A stretch of DNA of 64,000 bases from Octopus sinensis (taxonomy: Eukaryota): positions 34,162,001 through 34,226,000 of the forward strand of contig NC_043007.1 in NCBI RefSeq assembly GCF_006345805.1. The letters run 5' to 3'. Made by a program: the position numbers and the translations under genes. Below, piece after piece: positions 39,357 through 53,519 of this stretch; position 1 is the stretch's first letter, and every line of letters starts with the position of its first letter. The notes beneath the pieces were generated by a model. The model had not been told where the DNA came from. It ran no database searches and was given only the letters and a program-made list of their open reading frames with translations.

Positions 39357-39948
39357 GTAATAATAATAATAATAATAGTAATAATAATAATAAAATGCCC
39401 TGATGCAGTACCAGGAAGTGACTCTCGAGGCTTCTGATCTTAACTGATTGGAAATGTTATCATGTATATTGTTTTGTCTTGGTATAAAAGATGGACTACA
39501 GCAAAAATTCTACTCAATACTACAAATTTGCTTTCAGTTGTTTGACCTTAACCAGTTGAGCATGTCCCTTAGTGGCTTACGATATTAGCATCTTTGATCA
39601 CGAGCAGAAGTAGTGGGGGAGCATCATAGCCATGTGTTGAGAGGGATTGCTTGGGCTTTGAATAATTCACCTTCGGAAACATGGGTGTTTCGCTCAACAT
39701 CCTTAAACAACCCTTATTCAGGGACCCTTTCAGCAGGATGGGTTACTCGACTAGAAGAAAATTCTAACTGGGCCCCACCTGCAAGGTCATGTGCTGTTTA
39801 TCTTGATAAAGATCACCCTGTCGCGCACATATGGTTCTGATGCATGTGCCTAGTGTACCCTTATCAGACGGGTGGTCATGATGGGTATACTGGGCTTCGT
39901 ATATTTTACCCCAGTGTCACTTTGATGACATGCACTGCTCTCTCACTC

Positions 39949-39997
<49 letters not shown>

Positions 39998-40270
39998 GTC
40001 TTTTCTATTCTAGAATCAAGACCCGAAATTTTGGGGGAGGGGATCCAGTCGATTAAATCGACCCCAGTATGCAACTGGTACTTAATTTATCGATCCGAAA
40101 GAATGAAAGGCAACGTTGATCTCTGAGGAATTTGAACTCATAACGTAGCGGCAGACGAAGTACTACTAAGCATTTCGCCGGGCATTCTAACAATTCTGCT
40201 AGCACGCCATCTTAATAATGATAATAATAATAATAATAATAATAATAGTAACAACAATAATAACAATAAC

Positions 40271-40305
<35 letters not shown>

Positions 40306-40570
40306 AATGATAATGATAATAATAATAATAGTAATAATAATGATAATAATAATAATAATATAATAATATAATAATAATAATAATAATAATAACATAATAA
40401 TAATAACATAATAATAAATAATAATATAATAATAATATATGATAATGAATAATAATAATATAGTAATGATATATAATAATAGTAATGATAATATGATAAT
40501 AATAATAATAATAATAATAATAATATAATAATAATATAATATATAATAATAATATTAATAATAATGATAA

Positions 40571-40604
<34 letters not shown>

Positions 40605-41185
40605 TAACAATAATAATAATAACAATAATAAATATATAATAATAATGATAATGATAATATAATAATAATAGTAATGATAATAATAATAGTAATGATAATA
40701 ATGATAATAATAAAGATGGGCTACAGCAAATATTCTGCTCAATACCACAGATTTGCTTGTCAGTTGTTTGACCTTAACCAGTTGAGCATGTCCCTTAGTG
40801 GCTGACGATATGTGCATCTCTGATCACGAGCAGAGGTAGTGGGGGAGCATCATAGCCATGTGTTGAGAGGGATTCTTTGGGGTTTGAATAGTTCACCTCT
40901 GGAAACATGGGTGGTTCTTTCAACATCCTTAAACAACCCTTATTCAGGGACCGTTTGAGCAGGATGGGCTACTCAAAATGAAGAAAATTCTAACTGGGCC
41001 CCACCTGCAAGGTCATGTGCTGTTTATCTTGATATGAGATCACCATGTCGCGCACATATGGTTGTGATGCATGTGCCTGGTGTACCTTTATCAGACGGGT
41101 AGTCATGATGGGTATATTGGGCTTCGTATATTTTACCCCAGTGTCACTTTGATGGCATGAACTGCTCTCTCACTCAATGATAATA

Positions 41186-41232
<47 letters not shown>

Positions 41233-41277
41233 TAAATAATAATATTAATAATAATAATAATAATATTAATAATAATG

Positions 41278-41318
<41 letters not shown>

Positions 41319-41320
41319 TT
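38890..41320. repeat. (AAT)n field containing three copies of the 550-bp repeat and one SINE A (-, ~39990-40210)
   Basis: Copies at 38995-39208, 39395-39948 and 40713-41175, separated by AAT tracts. Confidence 0.9.
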
Positions 41321-41762
41321 TTTACGATAATATGATTATCGCCTTGCTAATACGTTAAATAAATGTACTTTTGCTCTATGCATTTAAGAATTGATATAGG
41401 AATTCATAATTCTTTCAAAAGTGAAGATCTCCCCCGCCCCGTAAACAAGCCTAGATTCTGGTGATAAGTTTACTGCAAGCGCCAGATGGTAGATATGTTG
41501 AAAAGAACAGACACTGTGACTTTCAAATATTAACCACATTTACACCACGCTGAATTCAAAACTATAATATTTTCTCTATTATATTCATATTCATACATGT
41601 ATGGCCCAATCCCCAAATTTTTACCAGTCTCTCTTTTTGATTTTGTTGAAGTCAGGCGTTCATTAATTTTCATCCTTTCCTCCCGTTATAATGAGACGAT
41701 AGTCACTTCTTTCTTGTGCACAAGTGCTGGTTTCCTTCATGTCTGGTCGAAAGACTACCTGC

Positions 41763-41802
<40 letters not shown>

Positions 41803-42120
41803 ACACACTTTATAGATTATAAGAGAGATCAAGCTGAGTTTGGTACAGAGGCAATTTTGCGGATAAAACGAATTAGACACATATCAAAGATATTAAATAC
41901 ATAAAACACAAAAATATATATATATGTAAACACGCAAAACGAGAGGAAGCAAAAGGTAGAAACGCTCAGATGATGAATTTTTATGTATAAATATATAGAT
42001 AAATATATAGGCGTAGGAGTGGCCGTGTGGTAAGTAGCTTGCTTACCAACCACATACCGGTTTTAGAGTCAAGTTTTGGCTGCTATATCTACCATGATCG
42101 TATTTCATAGATAGGTACCC

Positions 42121-42175
<55 letters not shown>

Positions 42176-42253
42176 TAATTATAATTTTATGCATATATAT
42201 ATATAATTATGATTAAGGCTATCTAAGAGATACCACCATGCTAGATATAGCAG

Positions 42254-42295
<42 letters not shown>

Positions 42296-42510
42296 AACCC
42301 ACAAGAGTAAACAAGAGAGAGAGAGACAGGCAGAAACAAGGAAATTGCCATTTGTATTTGAACACTATGCAAATATTCTTTTTAAAAAACTTTTCTTTTC
42401 ATTTTTCCAAAATTTGTTTTCCATACTTACAGTTGAAAAATTCTCATTGACTGAAACCGGTACTGAAATGTTTTTTATATAATTATTTTAGCATTTTCTA
42501 TCTTGACTTT

Positions 42511-42679
<169 letters not shown>

Positions 42680-43579
42680 TTCAGTTGAATTAGGTACTTA
42701 AGTTGAAGCACCAAGCCAGTCCGGTGTTATCCGCACAGCTCGAATTAAGGAGAATAAAATGAAAATTTTATGCAACAGGATATCAAGCACTTGACTGACT
42801 CGATTGACTGACATTTTGTGGGAGTGGGGATAGTCGGTTACATGAATCTTAGTATATTACTGGTACTTATTTTATCGACCACAAAAGAATGAAATGCAAT
42901 GTCGACAACGACGGAAAATTCAAACCTCCTTATATCTCCATAACACTTCTAAGACATCTGTACAGAAAGATAGACAGAACAAATATAATATGTAAATTGC
43001 TATGATGTATGCATGAGTACATGACCGTAGAATAAATAAACACCAGTTAAGATGATATGATATTCAATAAGAGCACCTTCTAATTAAACTTCTCCTTCAT
43101 TAACACAAGACAGCATCGATTATGAAGCAAGTTTTCCAATAGGCCATCCCATTTTTAGGTCAAACTAATATTTATTAGATCGATGTAACTCACGTATTCC
43201 AGTAACCTTACCCAGTGCCCTTCCCGCAGCAGACCACACATACACCTCTTTCAGATTAATATATTTGATACCGTATTATTCACACATCTATAATTTATGA
43301 AGCTATGCAAAAGGAAAATTGAATGCTCTCCTTCCCGAGTCAGCTTTACTGAATATAAAATGAAGGATTGCTTTTGCAGTTTAGGAAAAACATCTGTTTA
43401 GTTAGATCGTGAGCATACCGAGAGAGATAGAAAGACTGACAGACAGACAGACACACGCATGCACACACATATACACGCACACACACATATGCATGTGTGC
43501 ATGTGTGTGAGAATGTTCTGAAATCTCTCACAGCCTTGAATTTTTATCTCATTCTGTTAATTATATATATATATATATA

Positions 43580-44000
43580 CTCTTTTACTTGTTTCAGTCA
43601 TTTGACAGTGGCCATGCTGGAGCACCGCTTTTAGTCGAACGAATCGACCCCAGGACTTATTCTTCGTAATCCTAGTACTTTGTAATCCTAGTACTTTGTA
43701 ATCCTAGTACTTATTCTATCGCTAAATTACGGGGACGTAAACACACCAGCATCAGCTGTCAAGCGATGTTGGTGGGGACAAACACAGACACACAGACACA
43801 CAGACATACACACATACATACATATATATACATATATACGACGGGCTTCTTTTAGTTTCCGTCCACCAAATCCACTTACAACGCTTTGGTCGGCCCGAAG
43901 CTATAGCAGAAGACACATGCCCAAGGTGCCACGCAGTGGGACTGAACCCGGAACCATGTTGTTCGTAAGCAAGCTCCTTACCACACAGCCATACCTACGC
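43580..44000 (-). mobile_element. SINE family B
   Basis: Family motifs; internal 16-bp triplication tgtaatcctagtactt. Confidence 0.9.
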
Positions 44001-44379
44001 CTATATATATATCCTACTCTTCTACTCGAATCCACATAGATCTGAAGATTTTGAAGGGCGTGAGGGGTGCTGGTGCCTGGGATAGCTGATCAGGTCAAGG
44101 CTCGTAAAAATCATAGCAGGTGCTCTTCAAAATCGACTATAGCTGTCAGGTTTGAACACATAACAAAGTGGTTACTAAGTTTACCCACACAATACTTACA
44201 ATAAGTCTGATTTTCAGGGCAAACACTCAACTCTGTCAATACTCTGCTTCGTCTCTGTGGTGTGTGTACAATGACCCCCATTTTTTCCTTCTTTAGACAA
44301 GCTGTAACCTGCAGCTTTCGTGGCTTTGAACATTTTGACCTGAAATCAGTAAAATATCCATAAAACCTGGCGTTTGTTA

Positions 44380-44656
44380 CTCTTTTACTTGTTTCAGTCA
44401 TGTGACTGTGGCCATGCTGGAGCACCGCCTTTAGTCGAGCAAATCGACCGCAGGACTTATTCTTTGTAATCCTAGTACTTTCGGTCTCTTTTTGTAATCC
44501 TATTCTATCGGTCTCTTTTGCCGAACCGCTAGGTTACGGGGACATAAACACACCAGCATCGGTTGTCAAGCGATGTTTCGGGGAAAAACACAAACACACA
44601 AACACAGACACACACATACATACATACGTACATACATACATACATACATACATACA

Positions 44657-44691
<35 letters not shown>

Positions 44692-44875
44692 TTATATATA
44701 CATATATACGACGAGTTTCTTTCAGTTTCCGTCTACCAAATCCACTCACAAGGCTTTGGTCGGCCCGAGGCTATAGCAGAAGACACTTGCCCAAAGTGCC
44801 ACGCAGTGGGACTGAACCCGGAACCATGTTGTTGGTAAGCAACCTACTTACCACACAGCCAGTCCTACGCCTATT
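44380..44875 (-). mobile_element. SINE family B with expanded internal (TACA)n
   Basis: Family motifs. Confidence 0.9.
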
Positions 44876-45093
44876 ATTTACAAACTACATAGCAACCTCA
44901 CTAGTACTGAAGGCTCACAAAAAGACAACCCAATACCTACTGTGGTCGGTGTAAGGAAGAAGATCCAGCCATACAAATCATCCCCAAGCAGACCTTAGAG
45001 AACTTTGTAGTCCTTGAAGCCATCATGTCCAGTCAAACAATTTCAACTTTTACTTCGAAATGGGAAATGAACTATAAGTTGTTACGGTGTGTA

Positions 45094-45870
45094 TACAGGT
45101 TGCAATGGGTAAATTTTGTATTTTTTAATTTTACGCATGTGTAGAGCTTCTTTTTGAGTTTGTCGAATACACAACATAGTAGGGTCAGTTGGATACCGTC
45201 TGTGAGAAAGACAGCAGCGTGACTAATTCACTCTCCCAGATATTTGGAAACGACGTACTGTACTGCTTGGCATTCGCACCGGAAGCTCCAATATGAATAT
45301 TTCAGAATGTTTGGGAGTCAACCTGAGGACAGGGCAATCTGAGGGCATGTACCAAGAGTGATAGAAATCAACCATCAAATCAACATTATGGTGCTTGGAG
45401 TAATCACTAGTGATGGCGACGTTATGCATCTTTCATCTTCCCACACAGCCTCAAACTCAACACGGAGTCCCACATTATGTTCCTGGAGGAGGTAGTGTAG
45501 CCTTGGTTCAAGAGGGTTACTGTTGGAAGACACTGGCAACAAGACTCTGCACCTTGCCACACAATCAGGAAAACCAAGTCATGGCTGTCAGACAATTTCT
45601 GCGACCGCAGCGCCCCAAAATGCTAATATTACGCCTGCTGCTCAATGCTCTGTAAACACTTTAAACGATTTGAGACGTGATGTGGATGGCTGCAACAGAG
45701 ACTACGAAGTCGTGGCAAGCATATAGGGACACAGGAGGTGTTCTGGCTGCGTCTGCATGCCGGAGTACATCGCCACATATTGAAAAAGGCCTTAGAAACA
45801 ATTCAGATGCCAACGTGAAGCTGCTGCAGATTTAGTCATCCCCAGGCTGAAGAGCATTACTACTGGAACA
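45094..45870 (+). pseudogene. Degenerate Tc1/mariner-superfamily transposase pieces (maT/DD37D-like)
   Basis: Frameshifted reading gives INIMVLGVITSDGDVM..FIFPHSLKLNTE..FLEEVV*PWFKRVTVGRHWQQDSAPCHT..KTKSWLSDNFCD. The third-D region is missing, so spacing cannot be counted. Confidence 0.75.
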
Positions 45871-46127
45871 CAGTTTGAATATTTAACTTATTTCATATCC
45901 TTTCCTACACACTTCAAACAAGAAACTGAAAGGATTAATTCAAAAATAGATTCAACATTCAATTATATACAAACATTTATATAGAGAGACCGATTTATAT
46001 TGAAAATGTACGACGAATAATTAGTATTTAGAATTCATGCATATTTCTGTGCGTCTGAAGTGAAAACCTGAAGATGATTCGTATTATTGTCCACTTATCA
46101 GTTGGCTCGGATCTGTAGTTGGGTATA

Positions 46128-47411
46128 CGAGGGGCGTTCAATATGTAATGCCCCTGACCCATAGCAGTAGAGCAACGAAACTTGGCACAGTTATTAGTCT
46201 TTTTCTACATAGGAACCACTCAGAGTTACACATTTCTCCCATCGTTTGATGCAACTCTGGAGACCGTTTTTGTAGAAGACCCCAGCTTGGTCCTCCAACC
46301 ACGACGTGACTTCAGAAATCAAGGCTGCATCATCTGGTAAACGGTTTCCTTTCAAAAACAACTTCATGGCTGGGAAGAGGGGAAAATCAGAGGGTGCAAG
46401 GTCAGGAGAGTAGGGGATGGGAGAGGAGTTCATAGCCGCACGCCTGTGCTTCTGATCTGGCGACACGCGAGTTATAGACCGGAGCGTTGTCCTGCAGGAG
46501 GAGGATGCCTTTGCTGATCTTGCCCCGCCTCTTGATTTTGTTAGCTTCTTTTAATTTCCTCAAAAGTGAAGCATAATAGGCTCCTGTAATTGTGGTACCC
46601 TTTGCCAGGAAATCTGTCATCACTACTCCGTCCTGGTCCCAGAAGACTGTGAGCATGACCTTGCCAGCGGAGGGCTGCACCCTTGCCTTCTTTGGAGGAG
46701 GTGAGTCACGGAGCTTCCACTGCATTGACTGGGCTTTGGTCTCTGGATCATAGTGATGGACCCAGGTTTCATCCTGTGTAATCAGTCTTTTCAAAAAATT
46801 TGACTCATCTTCTTGGCACATCTCGAAATTCATCCTCGAGCACTCAACGCGTTCTTGCTTCTGGAAAGGTGTGAGCAACCTGGGAATCCGTCTGGCAGAC
46901 ACCTTTAGTATATGCAAATGGTCATGAATGATAGTTTCCACAGACCCGGTACTAAACTTGACCTCATGGGCTATTTGGCGAATAGTTATGCGTCGATCTT
47001 CCGAAATGGCAGCCTCAACTTGACGGACAGATGCCTCATCAATGGCAGAAGGGGGGCGACCAGATCTGGGAGCTGTTTCCACAGAGTTCCAACCATGTTT
47101 GAATTCACGATGCCAGCGTTTTACAAGGTCATATGATGGGGCATCATCACCATAAGTTACTTTCATTTCATCAAAAGTCTCCCGTGGTGTGCGTCCTTTC
47201 AAATACAAAAACCGGATCACTGCTCGACACTCAACATGCTCCATTTCACACTTGACTCAGTTCAAACACCTGTATATCAGATACCACAATTAGTTCAGAG
47301 CTGTAATTTGCCACTTAATCTATAGAGATATAAATAAAGGCACATGTAAATTTTCAGCTAGATCAAACAGCTGCAAGTGGGTTAGAGGCATTACTTATTG
47401 AACGTCCCTTG
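46128..47411 (-). mobile_element. Full-length mariner transposon (~1.28 kb)
   Basis: ~33-bp TIRs cgaggggcgttcaatatgtaatgcccctgaccc / gggttagaggcattacttattgaacgtcccttg (5 mismatches); TA at 46126-46127 and 47412-47413. Confidence 0.95.
46194..47244 (-). pseudogene. Mariner transposase with one frameshift (DD34D if HPPY is restored)
   Basis: HTH N-terminus, ITQDETW, LQDNAP, then a frameshift in a C-run at ~46415 before YSPDLAPSDF..; ends RWEKCV..GSYVEKD. Confidence 0.92.
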
Positions 47412-48162
47412 TATCATAGATTACAAATGGAGATCACGAAAAAACAAGAAAAATTGTTTAGTGTTTAGCTACATATTTTACTTGTGGTTCAATTAAATAC
47501 AATGATTATTAGTTATATATTATAAGTTATATAATCAAATTTGCGCATCTCTGAAGATTTGACAATGCAATTTCATTTTGCAATTTACATTTGGTAACTA
47601 ATAATCTCTCTTTGTTAATGCAACGCGCATTAGATGGTGCTATTAGTTATTTCTACAATTTCTCTTGTTTTGTTATATACGCTTGTGTGTGTGTGAACGC
47701 GCATGGTCTAGTGGTTAGAGTACGGCACTCACGATCGCAAAATCGTGGGTTTCGAGTTCCAGACCACCTGTGTGTGGTGTTCTTCAGGAAAAGACTTTAT
47801 TACATGCTGCTCTGTTCAACGCTGCTGTAAATGGACGGAATGGACGGGACGACGTTCCGCTCAAGGGTAATGTCAGCTTACTCGCATAGTCATCAAGTGG
47901 GATTTCATTCTAAAGCTACAAATGTGGGAGGAAGCCCATTGTGACCAGTCGTTTTATACACGACTGGTCACGAATAAGAGGTTGCGCGTAGTTGAAAAGT
48001 AAACCTAAAATTAAAATTATATTTGAAATCAAAATAAGGGAAAGTCGATATAACTAAATAAATGGATACAAAACTACTAAAAATTAAAAATAAGGAAAAA
48101 TGATAAAGAATTACACCATCCGATAAACTGGTCGATATACAGACAGACAGACAGATAGATAA

Positions 48163-48198
<36 letters not shown>

Positions 48199-48504
48199 CT
48201 ATGTATGTATGTATGTATGTATGTATGTATGTATGTATGTGTGTATGTATGTATGTATGTGTGTATGTATTATTTGATTCAAACCAAAACTACATTTCAG
48301 AAAATGTTAGACAGGGTTTCACGAAACCGTTCATCAGATAGCTTTGGTAATTCAGGCAAATGCAGACTGATAACATAAAGTTATAAATTATGAATACTGA
48401 TGAGTGTTATGGGAAATCTGATTCTGCAACTGCATATATGATAACATTATATGATTGGAAAAAGTGGGAATTGATCGAAACGGAAAAATTACATAAAGAA
48501 TACG

Positions 48505-48670
48505 CGCAGGAGCGGGTGTGTGGTAAGAAAATAGCTTTCCAACCACATGGCTGCAGGTTCAGTCACAATGCGTGGCACTTTGGGCAAATGTCTTTTACTA
48601 TTGTGTCGAGCAGACCAAAGCCATGTGAGTAGATTTGAAAGACGGAAACTGAAAGAAGCCAGTCGTATAC
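48505..48670 (+). mobile_element. SINE family B head
   Basis: gtgtgtggtaagaa...gaaactgaaagaagcc followed by (CA)n. Confidence 0.8.
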
Positions 48671-48697
48671 ACACACATACACACACACACACACACA

Positions 48698-48766
<69 letters not shown>

Positions 48767-48949
48767 ATAAGGAAATGAAGAAAATGCTGACAAAATAATT
48801 TAAGTAAGGGAGAGTGTATTTAATTAGGTGAAAGTTCTTTTTACCGGTTGCGCATTTGTTATGCTTATCAAAAGATATATTTTTAAGAGAGATAGAGTTC
48901 CTTTCTGATAGATTTTTTTCTCTTATCTATATATATATACTTATATATA

Positions 48950-49140
48950 TCGCTAGCCACTACACATACTTTATTTTCTTTCCTTGTTTCTTTCTGTGTT
49001 CCTTTCTGTGGAAGAGCGTATGCCCGAAATGTTAAAAAATTTTTCATCTCACGAGCGTTAAACTAATACATCTGTTTGTTTGTTGTCTACACCACCTGTC
49101 TTCGTCTTTTTTGTTTGATTTTTGTTTTGTGAATTCTCCG
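48950..49140 (+). mobile_element. Penelope-like terminal fragment with decayed hammerhead-like motif (49003-49036)
   Basis: ttt-CUGUGGA-A-GAGC-guau-GCCC-GAA-AUGU-U-aaa. Confidence 0.45.
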
Positions 49141-49204
49141 TACATATATATAAGTAATATTGAATTTCTAAATCTCTCGTAGAGACATGTACGGTGGTGG
49201 GGCG

Positions 49205-49581
49205 ATAGAATGGTTGTATACTGTCAATCTAACAAGAACGTGACAGTAGGGGGTACACCACCGTTGTATAGCCCTAGGGAGCATCGAACGCCTCCTGACA
49301 GCTTCGACACATTTTTTCCCTGTGTCCTTATATACATATACGAAGGGGAGACAAACACCCCCAACCAACGGAACCGCATCTAGGGACAACGATCCTGAAA
49401 CACGGTGTCCCTAGATGCGGTTCCGGCGGTTGGGGGTGTTTGTCTCCCCTTCGTATATGTATATAAGGACACAGGGAAAAAATGTGTCGAAGCTGTCAGG
49501 AGGCGTTCGATGCCTCCTAGGGCTATACAACGGTGGTGTACCCCCTACTGTCACGTTCTTGTTAGATTGACAGTATACAAC

Positions 49582-49589
<8 letters not shown>
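49205..49589. repeat. Near-perfect inverted repeat, ~184-bp arms, 17-nt loop
   Basis: Arms 49205-49388 and 49406-49589 differ at only a few positions. Confidence 0.95.
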
Positions 49590-49640
<51 letters not shown>

Positions 49641-49645
<5 letters not shown>

Positions 49646-49927
49646 TAATAAGACTAATGACCGCTAAAGTGGATTCCTAACATGCTAAAGATAGACGTCA
49701 AATCGCTTTACCACAAAGAGTGTGTTCTTAAGAAAAATCTAAGCAAAAACACCAGAATGTAAAACTATGGATGACATTTGTCGTGCTTATTTGTCTTGCT
49801 TATTTCTACATTCTGGCGTTTTTTCTGAGAGTTTTCTTGAAAACACACTCTTCCTGGTCAGGTGATTTGACGTCTAGCTTTAGCATATTAGGAATCCACT
49901 TTAGTGGTCATTCCTCTAATTAATTAT
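49641..49927. repeat. Decayed ~285-bp palindrome
   Basis: aatgaccgctaaagtggattcctaacatgctaaag mirrors ctttagcatattaggaatccactttagtggtcatt. Confidence 0.8.
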
Positions 49928-50163
49928 TAATTGTAATGTAATTTTTAAATCTTCGGATATTTTTTTCAATTTGCTAGATCACTGGTTTAATTTGATGTTG
50001 ATTGATATCAATTTCTACCCTCGTTATTTAATATTTATATATATATATATATTGGCCTGCTCGCTTAGCCAGCGGGGTGGCGTCATTCAAAGGCTAAAAC
50101 AATGCGAACGCATTGTGACCAGCGATGTGTAACAACATCTGATGGTCTGGTCGGTCACGTGAT

Positions 50164-50206
<43 letters not shown>

Positions 50207-50997
50207 TAATCCAAACAAGAAAGCACAAAAAAACAACGCGAGGACGTGGAACAAATATAGTATTTTTGGACGCTCTTCGTCGGAAACATAGGAGAAGGAA
50301 AGATCCAGAGAAGGGAAGACAGAGGAAAAAAATCGCCAACGGTACACACGCGGTCACATTTTGAAAGACATATTTATATATATATATATACATATATATG
50401 TAAGTATGTATGTATGTATGTATGTATGTATGTATGTATGTATAGATGTATGTATGTATGCATGTATGTATTATGTATATATGTGTGTATATATGTGTGT
50501 ATATGTGTCTGTGTTTGTCCACTCACCATCACTTGACAATGGATGTTGGTGTATTTACATCCTCATAACTTAGCGGTTCAGCAAACACACGATAGAACGA
50601 GTACTGGGCTTACGAAGAATAAGTCCTGGGGTCGATTTTTTAGACTAAAGACGGTGCTCCGGCATGGCTACAGTCAAATGACTGAAACAAATAAAATGAT
50701 ATAAAATAGATTATATCAGAAATACCAAGTTGTGATTAGTTGAAAAGTAAGGCAAAAATTAAAATTATATTGGAAATCAAAATAAGAGAGAGTGGATGCA
50801 ACTAAATAAATAATGGATAGAAAACTACTAAAAATAAAAGAAAAAGAAATAAATATAAAGTAGAAAAACAAAAGTACTCTCAGAGGGAGTAGCATTTCTC
50901 GCACCCTGTTTTGCACGTGTGTGCTTACTTGTATATATATATCTATGTATGTGAAAGGACATATGCATACATATATGCATACAAACAGACACACACA

Positions 50998-51029
<32 letters not shown>

Positions 51030-51030
<1 letters not shown>

Positions 51031-51232
51031 TCTCTTTTACTAGTTTCAGTCATTTGACTCCGGCCATGCTGGAGCATCGCTTTTAGCCGAGCAAATCGAC
51101 CCCAGGACTTATTCTTTGTAAGCCAAGTACTTATTCTATCGGTTTCTTTTACCGAACCGCTAAGTTATGAGGACGTACACACACCAGCATCAGTTGTCAA
51201 GCGATGTTGGGGCGACAAAACAGACACACACA

Positions 51233-51267
<35 letters not shown>

Positions 51268-51630
51268 TCTCTTTTACTAGTTTCAGTCATTTGACTCCGG
51301 CCATGCTGGAGCATCGCTTTTAGCCGAGCAAATCGACCCCAGGACTTATTCTTTGTAAGCCAAGTACTTATTCTATCGGTTTCTTTTACCGAACCGCTAA
51401 GTTATGAGGACGTACACACACCAGCATCAGTTGTCAAGCGATGTTGGGGCGACAAAACAGACACACAAATACACACGCATATGCATATACATATACATAT
51501 ATACGACGGGCTTCTTCCAGTTTCCGTCTACCAAATCCACTCACAAGGCTTTGGTCGGCCCAAGGTGCCACGCAGTAGGACTGAACCCGTCATTATATGG
51601 TTGGTAAGCAAGCTACTTACCACACAGCCA
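51030..51630 (-). mobile_element. SINE family B with ~236-bp tandem duplication of its tail
   Basis: tctcttttactagtttcagtc recurs at ~51031 and ~51268, near-identical. Confidence 0.9.
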
Positions 51631-52329
51631 CGCACACACACACACATTAAAACATGTACCAATGGCAGAAACTACTGTTATTAATTTTATATATATAAGG
51701 TGGTACTTTGCCCCCGTCCCACACACACACCTGATAAGTGGTATTTATTTTATCGATCTCGATAGGATGAAAGGCAAAGTCTAATAGCAATTGCCTTGAG
51801 ACTGTACAAGGCAGTGGCTCTCATGGCTTCTTATCTTAACTAATTGAAGTGTTATTATGTACATTCTTTTGACTTGGTATAAAAGATGCGCTATAGCAAA
51901 TTTTCTGTCCAATGCCAACAGATTTGCTTGTCAGCTGGTTGACCTTAAAAGGCGAGGATGTTCCTCAGTGGCTGATGATATGATCAGAGCAGAAGTAGTG
52001 CGGGAGAATCAAAGCCATGTGCTGAGAGGAATTCTTTGGGGTTTGAATAATTTACCTTTGAAAACATGGATGTGCCATTCAACATCCTTAAACAACACTT
52101 ATTCAGGGATATTTTGTGCGGGTTGGGCTACCCAACCCGAAGAAAATTTTGACTAGTCATGGCTTTTTAAACTTGGGAGATCACCATGTCGCGTATATAT
52201 AATTGTGATGCATGTACCTGGTGTACCCTTATTAGACGGGTAGTCATGATGGGTTTACTGGGCTTCGTATATGTTACCCCAGTGTCACTTTGATCGCATG
52301 CACTGCTCTCTAACTCAATATTAATGAAA

Positions 52330-52780
52330 ATAAGAATATTTTCTGCTATAGGCAAAAGACCTGAAATTTTGGGGGAGCGGACAACTCGATTATCTCGACC
52401 CAGTACGCAACTGTTACTTAATTTATCGACCCCGAAAGGATGCGTGACAAAGTCGATCCCTGCGGCATTTGAACTCAGAACGTAAAGACGGACAAAATAC
52501 CTATTTCTTTATTACCCACAAGGGGCTAAACACAGAGGGGACAAACAAGGACAGACATAGGTATTAAGTCGATTCCATCAACCCCAGTGCGTAACTGGTA
52601 CTTAATTTATCGACCCCGAAAGGATGAAAGGTAAAGTCGACTTCGGCGGAATTTGAACTCACAGCGTAACGACAGACGAAATACGGCTACGCATTTCGCC
52701 CGGCGTGCTAACGTTTCTGCCAGCTCGCCGCTAAGCATTTTGTCCGGCATGCTAACGATTCTGCCAGTTCGCCTTCTTGC
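52330..52780 (-). mobile_element. Tandem SINE family A copies
   Basis: atttatcgaccccgaaaggatg occurs twice; head at ~52730. Confidence 0.85.
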
Positions 52781-53469
52781 TTATAATTGTAATAATAATG
52801 ATTTCAAATTTTGGCACAAACCCTGCAATTTCGGGAAAAGGGTTAGTCGATTAATGGTTCAGAAGAAGAAGAAGAGCAATGCAAGACCCGTAATTTTAAG
52901 GAGGGCATTAGTCAACTACATAGAGCCCCTCCCCCACCAGACACACACACACAAACACACGTACTCAGTACTTGACTGCTACCGACCCTGATTCGATCTG
53001 CTGTACCCCATCACCAAAATTTTCGGTCTTATTTCAGGCTGATGGTGAAACCTCAACGCTATCGTGTAATAAACGTTTCAATCTTCGCTATTGTCTTCTA
53101 CATAAACCCCCAACCACAGCGACAAGCACCCGCACATATAAAGCCAGGGATGCTCACACATGCATCATGACATAGACATCCACCCGTAAAGTCACATATA
53201 CACAGATACTTGTGCTTATTTTAGTAAAAAAAAAAAAATTGATAGCTTTATTGTATATGCTCGAAGTGGGATTTTTTGACCCACCACCCGAGATCAATGA
53301 ACCAGCAAATTCTATGGCACAAAATACGAAAGTTTACATAACTAAGCAGACCAATCAGATGAGATCATGTTGATCGAAGATGATCAAACGATTGCCTTAA
53401 CTTCGATTCTTTTTGATATGTGTTATTTTTAATGTTGCTATTTCCCGAATAGTAGCAATATCGTTTGTT

Positions 53470-53475
53470 TGTGTT

Positions 53476-53519
<44 letters not shown>

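Noticed and set aside
49168-49680. Twin 73/91-aa ORFs MSLDAVP... on opposite strands
   Set aside because: Mirror products of the palindrome; no motif and a non-ATG start context.
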